Source: Tardiphaga sp. (GTDB lineage: Bacteria; Pseudomonadota; Alphaproteobacteria; Rhizobiales; Xanthobacteraceae). Taken from it: a DNA stretch of 44,996 nt. The notes beneath the pieces were generated by a model. The model was given only the letters and a program-made list of their open reading frames with translations, searched no databases and was not told the DNA's origin. Position numbers and translations under genes: made by a program. Below, in pieces: positions 19,009 to 27,586 of this stretch (the first letter of the stretch is position 1; each line of letters starts with the position of its first letter). Location of the stretch: contig JAQGKA010000504.1 in NCBI GenBank assembly GCA_028290355.1, forward strand, positions 1 to 44,996, given 5' to 3'.

Positions 19009-19686
19009 TCAGCGGCCGGACTGACCGGACGGTGGTGGCCGTGATGTCGCCGAAAGTAATTTGACAGCGCTCGCCGGCAGAAGCCGGACTTCGCCGCCTG
19101 CCTGTCCTGCGCCGGGCTGCGGTAAGCTCAGGACGGCGGCCTGTTGATCTTTTTCCAAAGTTACTTCCCGGCCCTGGATCGACCGCAGCTTCCATCCCTG
19201 ATAATCCTCGCCGACTTTCAGCCGAAGTGCCGCTTTGGTCGATTGATCCAGAAAAATTCCGAACCCCTCGTCCCCGCTTGTGATCGTGCCAACCAAAGAA
19301 AGTTGTGGGGGCTCCGGCTCCCTTTTTCTCGGCGGTGGCGTTGCTTTGGCGACGACAGGTTCAGCAACGACGGCGGCGGGCAGCGGCCGCCGAGACGATG
19401 AGAAGATCGGCCGATCGCGGGTGCCCGATAATTGAGTCAAGGGAATAGCCCATAACGGATTGGCGCTGAGTGCCCGCTCCGATGCCGGCGCAGGCACGAC
19501 AACTTGCCTCGGACCGGCGGGGATGGGGGATGCCGCAGGGGGGCCCGCCGTCCGCGCGTCGTCAGCAAGATCGGCGTCCAGGGCATCGTTGGAAACCGCG
19601 GACGTCAACGCGGACGCACTGTGCACCGACAGCGCCAGCAGCACGGTACTAATCGTGAACATCCGCCTCATTTTGCGCCCTGCCAT
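19009..19686 (-). CDS. gspN: T2SS XpsN/GspC-like protein
   Basis: N-terminal hydrophobic segment, Pro-rich linker, RPIFSSSRRP and an HR-domain-like L.LVGTI...GIF......LKVGE...GWKL..I. Last gene of the gspE-M operon. Confidence 0.7.
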   Translation of the reverse strand: MAGRKMRRMFTISTVLLALSVHSASALTSAVSNDALDADLADDARTAGPPAASPIPAGPRQVVVPAPASERALSANPLWAIPLTQLSGTRDRPIFSSSRRPLPAAVVAEPVVAKATPPPRKREPEPPQLSLVGTITSGDEGFGIFLDQSTKAALRLKVGEDYQGWKLRSIQGREVTLEKDQQAAVLSLPQPGAGQAGGEVRLLPASAVKLLSATSRPPPSGQSGR

Positions 19687-20231
19687 TGCCCGGACACCGC
19701 CAGTAGAATCCGCAATCTCCCGTTCCCCGCGCTGGATGACGCGATCGACGTCTGAACCACGAGTTGATCGACAAACAAAAACGGCATGCCGGCTTCGACG
19801 TCGTAAAGCAGCTGTTGCAATTCCGGCTGATCGATTTCACAACTCGCGATCATGCTGAGAAACCCCGCTCTGGATTGCGTGCCTTGCAATTCGACCTGAG
19901 ACGACAGGACGTTTCCGCCGAATTTCGTTATCGCGCCGTCCACGCGCTGAAGCAGAGTCGCACCCGCGACGGTGACCGTCGTCCCCTCCAGAAACGCCGA
20001 GCCCGAAGGCATCATCGCGTCGCCGGATGGACCGCGGGCCGCGCCGGGTCTGGGGCCCTCGAGCTGCTCCAGCATGTTCGCCTGCGACGAAACCTCGTCG
20101 CGCTTGCCGAGAACGTCCGCAACGGATATTGCGACCGTGAACAGCAGCAAGACCACGAGGCCGGCGTAAGTGGCGGCCGCCAGGACGGGAGACGCTGCGA
20201 AGGTTTTTCTTAACGTCGCGATCGCGTTCAT
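19668..20231 (-). CDS. gspM: T2SS protein M
   Basis: One TM segment, AGATLLQRV...GGNVLSSQV and LLYDVEAGMPFLFVDQL. Follows gspL. Confidence 0.85.
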   Translation of the reverse strand: MNAIATLRKTFAASPVLAAATYAGLVVLLLFTVAISVADVLGKRDEVSSQANMLEQLEGPRPGAARGPSGDAMMPSGSAFLEGTTVTVAGATLLQRVDGAITKFGGNVLSSQVELQGTQSRAGFLSMIASCEIDQPELQQLLYDVEAGMPFLFVDQLVVQTSIASSSAGNGRLRILLAVSGQWQGAK

Positions 20232-21313
20232 GTGCCCGAACCGAAATAGGCGGTGATGTGCGCCTCGATGTGAAAACGCTCGCCTGGATCGTTCTGCGCG
20301 CGCGTGGTGGGCGCAAAAAAGGTGGCCTGAGTGAATTGTGGCGACTGCTCAATCAAACGGATCAGGGACGGTGCATCCTGCGTCATACCAACCACCTGAA
20401 CCTTGTCACCGTCGATCCGCAACTCCGTCACGTAGGTGCTGTCGGGCAACGCCCGCGAGATGGCTTCAAGCACCATGACGCTCGATGGCGTCGTCCGCTT
20501 GCGCTTAGCCAGCAGGCTCAAGCCCGATCCGCCCGCGGCATTCGGGTCGAGACGCAGCGCGGCACGGCGTTCCGAAATCCGGCGCAACAATTGCTGCTGC
20601 TCGGACTCCAGTGTGCTGCCGACGTAAGCCGCGACAACCGAAGAGGCCACGGCGGCGAGACAAGTGGACAGCAAAATGACCTGCAGAATACGCGGCACGT
20701 TCACCGTCCGCCCGTTCGCGCCCTGCAACGGTTTGTCGAAGAGTTTGATCTTGGCGGGCCCGCTTTCCCCAGTTGGGAACTCGGCGAATGCAGCAACGGA
20801 CGCAGCATCCAGATCGCTTGCGAGTTGAACGAAAGGCTGAATTTCGTGTTTCGATGTTGCAGCGAAGGTCAGCTCAATTCGCTCATTCGCAATGGCCGCG
20901 GGCGGGCTCCATCCGAAAATCGCGTCGTTTGTGGTCCACGGCGTCAGACGGTCGATCTGCGCGCGGATCATGCTGTCGAGAAAATCGCTGGCCCGCTTAG
21001 GAAAGTTGAGCGATCGAAACATGACGTGATCGGACTGCAGCAGAACTTCGACGCGGCTGCCGCGAAAGGCAGTCTCCCAGTCCGCCGGCAACGGAGGATT
21101 GGGCCGGCCATTGATCAGACGAAATAGCACTTCCGGCAAAGCGATGCCTTTTCGCGCCGACATCACTTTAGCCGTGATCGCGTTGCCCTCGCCTTCGCTA
21201 AGCAGGATTTGCCGCCGGGGCACGTACCGACCGGCCCCGGCATCGATGGCCCCGGCAACGGCCGTGATCCATTCGCCGAACAGCTCTTTGAGTTCGGATA
21301 TCATCGCCATCAC
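20228..21313 (-). CDS. gspL: T2SS protein L (PilN-like periplasmic domain)
   Basis: QIDRLTPW cytoplasmic domain, TM segment and LEAISRALPD.TY...L...G......G......LI..IEQSP.F. Confidence 0.85.
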   Translation of the reverse strand: MMAMISELKELFGEWITAVAGAIDAGAGRYVPRRQILLSEGEGNAITAKVMSARKGIALPEVLFRLINGRPNPPLPADWETAFRGSRVEVLLQSDHVMFRSLNFPKRASDFLDSMIRAQIDRLTPWTTNDAIFGWSPPAAIANERIELTFAATSKHEIQPFVQLASDLDAASVAAFAEFPTGESGPAKIKLFDKPLQGANGRTVNVPRILQVILLSTCLAAVASSVVAAYVGSTLESEQQQLLRRISERRAALRLDPNAAGGSGLSLLAKRKRTTPSSVMVLEAISRALPDSTYVTELRIDGDKVQVVGMTQDAPSLIRLIEQSPQFTQATFFAPTTRAQNDPGERFHIEAHITAYFGSGT

Positions 21314-22239
21314 AAGCCGCTCCGTTTCAGCGGGCTGCGGCCCGCCTCTACATCATCCTGCCACGACAGCACGCGGTAAGGACCCTCATTGCCGCCCAAC
21401 GCGATGACGACCTCAGACGAGGTGCGGCGGCCGTCGTTGAATTTGATCGCCGTCAGGATGCGAAAGGACGTGCTCTTCGGAATCGTCGCGCTGGCCTTCG
21501 CGGGGCCGAGCGCATCTGCGATCGCAGACGTATCTGTCGACAACCCAGGGCGCACGCTCAGAAAATCTTTCAAATTGGACGGCGTCATACCGGGCAGAGC
21601 GACGATCACCTCCGGTGGCGCGATCAAGACATCGACGTTGGATGATCCGTTGAAGATCGTGACGAAAGGCAACGCGCGATCGACCAGCGCCGGAGGCATG
21701 CCAAGAACGAGACTGAGTTCGTTCACATGGGTAAAAAGCGACTGTCGCGGAGAATAAGCAAGACCTGCGGCCCCATAAAGCGCCTCCTCGTCGTTGGCCG
21801 TATTGGCCGCGGGACGGGTCCGCCATCCAACGATTCGGTCCGCATACTCTTTGGCGGCCACCTGATCCGCACCGAGACCCACAAAGAAATTGGCCAGCAT
21901 GTCTTTGGAAGAGAAATTGAGATCGATCCGGGCGGTTTCCGACGCGAAGGATACCAGAACGTCTGCATCGTCCAGCCGGAACTGAAACGACCCGTGCGAG
22001 GGGCGCGCCTTGTCGCCCGCCAGCAACAGCTGATAGGTCGTAAGCTCGACACTGGCCGACACCAGCGCCTCCGCCTGCAGCCCGGTATCGTTGACGGCCA
22101 ACGCCTGCGCCGAATTGGACAGATAGACCGAAAGGATCGTCGCCAGAGCCGCCAAGGCCGCAAGAATCCAGAGCACAGCGACAATCACGAAGCCGCGCTC
22201 CGAGGATTTTGCCGTTACACGCAGGTGCTCTCGCGTCAC
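21310..22239 (-). CDS. gspK: T2SS minor pseudopilin K
   Basis: ERG-FVIVAVLW prepilin site, E.ARIDLN, I..WR and F....EL..V.GM. The GTG start at 22239 overlaps the gspJ stop (GTGA), with RBS GGAGG. Confidence 0.88.
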   Translation of the reverse strand: MTREHLRVTAKSSERGFVIVAVLWILAALAALATILSVYLSNSAQALAVNDTGLQAEALVSASVELTTYQLLLAGDKARPSHGSFQFRLDDADVLVSFASETARIDLNFSSKDMLANFFVGLGADQVAAKEYADRIVGWRTRPAANTANDEEALYGAAGLAYSPRQSLFTHVNELSLVLGMPPALVDRALPFVTIFNGSSNVDVLIAPPEVIVALPGMTPSNLKDFLSVRPGLSTDTSAIADALGPAKASATIPKSTSFRILTAIKFNDGRRTSSEVVIALGGNEGPYRVLSWQDDVEAGRSPLKRSGL

Positions 22240-22979
22240 AGCGATCCTCCCTGCCCCGTGGCGGCGATTCCGGCCCGGGACTTCTCTTGAGAAATCTGCG
22301 GGGTGGCCGGTTTGCCGTCGCAGCCACCGTCCGGCCGCGCGCAATCGCTGGGCAATTGGACGTGAACCGGCGTCACAGTTGAAATTGAAAGGATCCGTTC
22401 CGTCGCCGCGTCGCGAACCGTCAGCTTGATCAACGCCGGCAACTTGTCGGATCCGTGCCAATTGCTTTTCCAGTTCCCGTCCTGGCCGGCATAGGTAAAT
22501 GACAGCCGGAACGGGGCACGCAACAGCACCACAGGATCCCCAAAATGAATCTGTTCGGACAACGACGACGCCGGAGGCAGCGGCATGAACGGTGTTCGCG
22601 AACGGACCGTTACGAATTCCCGGCGGTCGGTCGTTTCTCCGATCCGCACAACGTCCAGTCCGGGCCCGGTATTCGGGCCAAACGCCGTGCGCACGAACAT
22701 CACCGACAGCTCCGAACCGTCGAACAGCGGGCGGCGTGAGTCGCGATTGGCTGGAACGTATTCGGCGGCCGCAAGGTCAGCCCCGATCCGCTGTAGCGCG
22801 ATGCCGATCACTTCGCTGCGTTGGATGCGGTCGATGCCGCGATTCCAGTTCGGAAGCCATTGCGCGGTGATGCTGGCGAGCGCCGAGAGCACTAGGCCCA
22901 TCAACGCCAGCGCTACAAGGGTCTCGATCAGCGAAAAGCCGCATTGTCCATTCGGTTGCTTTGCAGGCGAGGCGCTCAT
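22236..22979 (-). CDS. gspJ: T2SS minor pseudopilin J
   Basis: G-FSLIETLVAL type IV prepilin motif and C-terminal W...W....LP..I.L. Confidence 0.88.
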   Translation of the reverse strand: MSASPAKQPNGQCGFSLIETLVALALMGLVLSALASITAQWLPNWNRGIDRIQRSEVIGIALQRIGADLAAAEYVPANRDSRRPLFDGSELSVMFVRTAFGPNTGPGLDVVRIGETTDRREFVTVRSRTPFMPLPPASSLSEQIHFGDPVVLLRAPFRLSFTYAGQDGNWKSNWHGSDKLPALIKLTVRDAATERILSISTVTPVHVQLPSDCARPDGGCDGKPATPQISQEKSRAGIAATGQGGSL

Positions 22980-23389
22980 TCCGATGGCCTGTGCATCAAA
23001 CGCACGGTACGAAGTTCGGAAACCGCCCCGGATGGCGATCGGACACGAACCCTGACGAGTTCAGGAACCCAAGCGATGTCGGCCCCTGGCACGGTCCAGT
23101 CTCCGCCCAGCGGTCTGACGTCGATTGTCCACCGATAATCGTCGATTTGCCCGGACGTCGCGCCAGGGCCAGCCCCGGCGCCCGACGGAATACCCGTGGT
23201 CATGACGGTACGCGTCGTCTGCATCAGTGCGACATGCTGCTCCAACGACCGCACACCGCGCACGTTGGTCGACATCACCGATCCGATTGCAACGATGGAG
23301 ACGGCAACGATCGCAAGCGCAATCAGCACTTCAATGATTGTGAAGCCGGCTTCACGGCGATCAATTAGTGGCGGTGCTGCGGGAGACAA
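22976..23389 (-). CDS. gspI: T2SS minor pseudopilin I
   Basis: AG-FTIIEVLIALAI, 137 aa, operon position. Confidence 0.88.
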   Translation of the reverse strand: MSPAAPPLIDRREAGFTIIEVLIALAIVAVSIVAIGSVMSTNVRGVRSLEQHVALMQTTRTVMTTGIPSGAGAGPGATSGQIDDYRWTIDVRPLGGDWTVPGADIAWVPELVRVRVRSPSGAVSELRTVRLMHRPSE

Positions 23390-23825
23390 TCTCGATCCTT
23401 CCGGTCAACCAGTTGACGCGAATTTCAAAGCCTGCGGCGAACCGCGTCAGCGCGATTGTTCCGCCGCACGACGTTCCGTTGGCGAAAAAACTGATGGTGG
23501 ACAGCGCCGTCCGCCGGTTGCAGGTCTGCGGCAGCAGGGCGTCGAATTGAACATCGTCGGGAATGCGGATCATATCCGTTGTCGCGCCCGACCGGATCGA
23601 GTGCGTTCCGGCATCGACCAGCGTGGCGACGTCCACCCGGCGCCGGATCGCCGCGTTGCGGTCCGCCTTCAGAAGCGTCGCGGTCTGAAGGGCATAGGCC
23701 TGCAGGCGGGAACGGGAAGTCTCATGTGGAATCGACGGCAAAAGCACGGCCGCCATCATGGCGATGAGCGCTAGGACACACACCATCTCGAGCAGGGTGA
23801 AGCCGCGTTCGGCGCCATCACTCAT
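23361..23825 (-). CDS. gspH: T2SS minor pseudopilin H
   Basis: RG-FTLLEMVCVL, ISFFANGTSCGG.I and V.WLTGRI. Start assigned to ATG 23825. Confidence 0.88.
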   Translation of the reverse strand: MSDGAERGFTLLEMVCVLALIAMMAAVLLPSIPHETSRSRLQAYALQTATLLKADRNAAIRRRVDVATLVDAGTHSIRSGATTDMIRIPDDVQFDALLPQTCNRRTALSTISFFANGTSCGGTIALTRFAAGFEIRVNWLTGRIEIVSRSTATN

Positions 23826-24315
23826 TTTTCGCGCTGGCCATGCTTTGGACCGAAATGTCGGACGCGATACCGCTGCCACCCTCCTGGCCGTCGGACCCGT
23901 AAGACGTAATGTCGTACGGGCCGCGTTCTGCAGGTGAGCGATACATATAGGCATTGTTCCAGGGATCGTTGGGGACGTTGCCGCCTTTGAGATATGGCCC
24001 ATTCCAGGCGGCGACGCCTGGTGTCCGTCGGACGAGGGCTGTCAGGCCTTCTGCCGTAGAGGGGAACCGGCCGGCATCGAGATAGAATAGGTCGAGCGCG
24101 CTCCCAAAACTTTGCAACTGAATCTTCGCGGCCTTGACTTTCGATTCGCTAAGATAATTGAGAACGCGTGGGCCGATCAGGCCCATGATGAGACCGATAA
24201 TGGTGATCACCACCAGCATCTCGACCAGCGTGAAACCCTGCTGGCCGATATACCGCCAGCGCTTATCCTCTGGGCGCCTGACGAAAAGCCTGCCGATGCC
24301 TTTGACCCACTTCAT
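23818..24315 (-). CDS. gspG: T2SS major pseudopilin G
   Basis: QG-FTLVEMLVVITIIG, LD.GRFPST.EGL.ALV, WNGPYL, DPWNN.Y.Y.SP and S.G.DGQ.GG.G...DI. Confidence 0.96.
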   Translation of the reverse strand: MKWVKGIGRLFVRRPEDKRWRYIGQQGFTLVEMLVVITIIGLIMGLIGPRVLNYLSESKVKAAKIQLQSFGSALDLFYLDAGRFPSTAEGLTALVRRTPGVAAWNGPYLKGGNVPNDPWNNAYMYRSPAERGPYDITSYGSDGQEGGSGIASDISVQSMASAKNE

Positions 24316-24333
24316 GATGAACCAGCCCTTGAT

Positions 24334-25548
24334 CTAGCCAACAAGTTGAGTGACCGAAAGCAACGCTGTCATGACCGATACGATCAGCCCGCCGACGACC
24401 GCGCTGATGGTGACGATGGCGAGCGGCCCGACGATGCCGACGATGCGGTCGAGGCTGCGCTGCAATTTTGCCTCGTAAAATTCGGCGACGCGACCCGCCA
24501 GCGCGGGCAGTTGCCCGGTTTCCTCGCCCAGTCGCAGCATGCGGACCGCCATTGGCGGCAGGCTGCTCGCGGCGGACAGCGCGTCGGATAGCTTGCCGCC
24601 GTGACGAACGCGATCGGCGGCCGCTGTCCAGGTCGCTACGCTTCCGGTGACCGCCATGATGTCGACCAGGATGCGCAAAGTGGCCGTGAGGTTGACGCCG
24701 CTGCCGAGCAGGACGCCAAGATTGCGGCAAAAGAGACTGGTGCGGTAAAACTGAAAGATGCCGGAGATCCCAGGGATGCGAGAGAGCGCGGTCGTGATCG
24801 CGGCGCCTGTGCCCGGCCGACTGAGCAGCCACCAGATGCCGGCCATGATCGAGGCGGCGGCGAGCATCACGGCGGTCGCGTTCGCCCGAAGGAAGTCCGA
24901 CAGCTTGATGAAAACGCTGAGCGCGGAATCCGATTTTGCGCCGAAGTCCTGCAGCACCGCAGAAAACTGTGGCAACACGAACAGAATGAAAAACAGCATC
25001 ACGCAGGCCGCTGCAATCAAAACGAAGGCCGGGTACTGCATCGCATCCGTAAGCTTGCGGCGCATCAGTTCGGATCGCGCCCGCTCTGTTCCCAGCATTT
25101 CCAGCACCTGATCGAGCGTACCCGACACTTCGCCGACACGAACCAGTGCGCCATACATAACAGGGAACAATGCCGGATGATTTGCGACCGCGTCGGCAAG
25201 GCTCTCTCCGCTCAAGAGCGCGGCCCGCAATTTTCCGACCACCGGACGAAGCCGGCCGACATCCGTATCGGTAGCCAGCAGTTCGAGGGCGTCGTCGAGA
25301 CGCGCGCCTGCCTTCAAAAGCAGCGCCAGATCGCGGGTAAACGTCGTTACCTCCGCGGGGCTTGGCCGGTTGAAAAAACCAAAGCTGCTTCCCGACCCGA
25401 CGGTCGTTCGCTTGTCCTCGACCGTTTCGATCGGCAGTAGCTGGAGATATTCGATACGGTGCGCGACTTCCGCAGCCGTTGGAGCCGACAACGTGCCGTG
25501 CACGATCTCTCCGTTCTGCGTCAAGGCCCGGTAGCGAAAATTCGGCAC
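24334..25548 (-). CDS. gspF: T2SS inner-membrane platform protein F
   Basis: MP.F.Y.A...G, FTRDLA.LL.AG, GE.SG.L, YP and LGEETG.L. Confidence 0.95.
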   Translation of the reverse strand: MPNFRYRALTQNGEIVHGTLSAPTAAEVAHRIEYLQLLPIETVEDKRTTVGSGSSFGFFNRPSPAEVTTFTRDLALLLKAGARLDDALELLATDTDVGRLRPVVGKLRAALLSGESLADAVANHPALFPVMYGALVRVGEVSGTLDQVLEMLGTERARSELMRRKLTDAMQYPAFVLIAAACVMLFFILFVLPQFSAVLQDFGAKSDSALSVFIKLSDFLRANATAVMLAAASIMAGIWWLLSRPGTGAAITTALSRIPGISGIFQFYRTSLFCRNLGVLLGSGVNLTATLRILVDIMAVTGSVATWTAAADRVRHGGKLSDALSAASSLPPMAVRMLRLGEETGQLPALAGRVAEFYEAKLQRSLDRIVGIVGPLAIVTISAVVGGLIVSVMTALLSVTQLVG

Positions 25549-25552
25549 AGTC

Positions 25553-27235
25553 TCACCGTCCGGTTGTGACGCGGAAAATCTCCGCGGGCGAGGTCAGGCC
25601 AGCGCGACACTTCGCAATGCCATCGTCGAGCATCGTCGTCATTCCGGCGCGGATCGCCGTCTCATCGATCTTCAGTCCGTCGGTCTTCTCGCTTATCATC
25701 TGGCGAAGGTCGTTGGTCAGTTCAAGAATTTCGAAGACGCCCAGCCGGCCGCGATAGCCCATGCCGCCGCAGCGCTCGCAGCCGCACGGCTCCGCGATCG
25801 TTTCGCCGGCGCGGAAACCGAAGGCACCGAGCCGGGGATCTTCGGCGAGATCGGCTTCGGTCAGCATCTTCGGCAATTTGCAGCGCTCGCACAGCTGACG
25901 AACGAGCCGTTGCGCGACCACCGCCCGCAGGGTCGATCGCAACAGATAGCCTTCGACGCCGAGATCGAGCAGACGAGGCACTGCCGCGGCCGCGGTTTCG
26001 GTATGCAGCGTCGTCAGCACAAGATGCCCGGTCAGGGCTGCGTGAATGGCCACATGTGCGGTCTCGGAGTCGCGCACCTCACCGACCATGATGACGTCGG
26101 GATCCTGACGCACGAACGAGCGCAGCGCCGCTGCGAACGTTAGCCCTATCGTCGGCTTGATCTGCGATTGATTGACGCCGGGTATTTCGTATTCGACTGG
26201 ATCCTCAATGGTCAGAATTTTTCGAACCGGTTCGTTCAGGATCGACAGGATCGTCGCCAGCGTCGTGGTTTTGCCGCTTCCGGTCGGACCGGTGATGACG
26301 ATCATCCCGTGGGGCAGCGTCAGCAATCGTCTGAGCGTGGCATCATCGGCCGGTGAAAATCCCAACTTTTCGACGACGAGCAGTCCGCGATCCTTTGGCA
26401 GGATGCGGATGACCGCGGATTCCCCATGCTGGGTCGGCATGATCGCAACGCGAATATCGACGTCCGAACGCCCAGCCCGCAGCCGCGCGGCGCCGTCCTG
26501 CGGCAGACGACGCTCCGCGATATTGAGACTCGCGATGATTTTGATGCGAGAAATGACGGCTTGCGGCAAAACGCCGACAGGCGCTGCGACCGGCCGCAGC
26601 AGGCCGTCGATGCGCATGCGGACCACGAGCCCGGTGTGAAAGGGCTCGATATGAATATCGCTCGCGCGCAACTCGACCGCCTTTTCCAAGAGATCGTTGA
26701 CAGCACGTACCACGGGCGCGCCGCTGGCGAGGTCCCGCAAGCTCTCGATATCGTCTTCGCGCGGCTGCCGCGTCGCACCGTCGCCCCCAGCCTCGACGTC
26801 TTCATCGCCCAGACGTAGATTGAGGGCGACCGTGAGGTCTTCAAATGACGCTACCTTGACGGCGACGCCCGCGCCGAGCACGATCTCCGCCGCCCGCCGC
26901 GCCGCCATATCAGTCGGATCCGCGACCGCGAGCACGGGAGTTCCGTCGGCAGATTGATAGGGAAAGACCATCATTTCCCGCAGAAAGCGTTGCGAGAACG
27001 ACGCGACCCGCGGCGGGGCTGACAGCATGTCCTGGAGCGCGACGCATTCCAGACCGTAGAATCGAGCCGCCTCCTCCGCGAACTCGCCGGCCGAAAGATC
27101 GGTGAGCTCCCAGAGCTTGCCTTGACGACGATCGGATCCGCCCTGTTCCGCGGGATCGCCATGGCCGCTTGTCTTCGTCAAATGATTGCTTTGGCGCAGA
27201 TGTTCCGCGAACTGCAAAGACTCTTCGCTGGCCAT
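25553..27235 (-). CDS. gspE: T2SS assembly ATPase E
   Basis: ASDIHIEP, RRLPQDG, GPTGSGKTTTL, TIEDPVE, RQDPDVIMVGEVRD, TGHLVLTTLHT and a tetracysteine motif (CERC...CERC). Confidence 0.97.
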   Translation of the reverse strand: MASEESLQFAEHLRQSNHLTKTSGHGDPAEQGGSDRRQGKLWELTDLSAGEFAEEAARFYGLECVALQDMLSAPPRVASFSQRFLREMMVFPYQSADGTPVLAVADPTDMAARRAAEIVLGAGVAVKVASFEDLTVALNLRLGDEDVEAGGDGATRQPREDDIESLRDLASGAPVVRAVNDLLEKAVELRASDIHIEPFHTGLVVRMRIDGLLRPVAAPVGVLPQAVISRIKIIASLNIAERRLPQDGAARLRAGRSDVDIRVAIMPTQHGESAVIRILPKDRGLLVVEKLGFSPADDATLRRLLTLPHGMIVITGPTGSGKTTTLATILSILNEPVRKILTIEDPVEYEIPGVNQSQIKPTIGLTFAAALRSFVRQDPDVIMVGEVRDSETAHVAIHAALTGHLVLTTLHTETAAAAVPRLLDLGVEGYLLRSTLRAVVAQRLVRQLCERCKLPKMLTEADLAEDPRLGAFGFRAGETIAEPCGCERCGGMGYRGRLGVFEILELTNDLRQMISEKTDGLKIDETAIRAGMTTMLDDGIAKCRAGLTSPAEIFRVTTGR

Positions 27236-27586
27236 TTGTTTTTCCGGTCGTGCCGTTTCTCGAGATCGTCAGCGGATCGCGGGACATCTGCGGACCATCG
27301 CCCGCCAGTTGTCGACTGCGGAATGGTTATCGATCCGAAGTATGACAGCTGTACGAAGTGCGTCGGATGGAAACGTCAAAAAAAATTTGAAAAGTGACGG
27401 ATTCGTCGGTCGCTGCGGTGGTGCATCGCGCAACAGTCCAAATTTGTTCGAAACGGAAGATGGTTTACCGACGATCCGTGTGAACAATTATTCCTGTCAT
27501 ATTCCGCCGCTAAGTATGCCGACCGGCTCGAATGGATTGTCGCGAATGATCCACGAGCCTGAACACGAAGACAGAACGGCGGATAC

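Noticed and set aside
13760-25440. Other long overlapping ORFs (13760-14560, 18269-19195, 20258-21127, 21413-22327, 24601-25440)
   Set aside because: Shadow or alternative frames over recognised genes, with Arg/Ala-rich non-protein-like composition.
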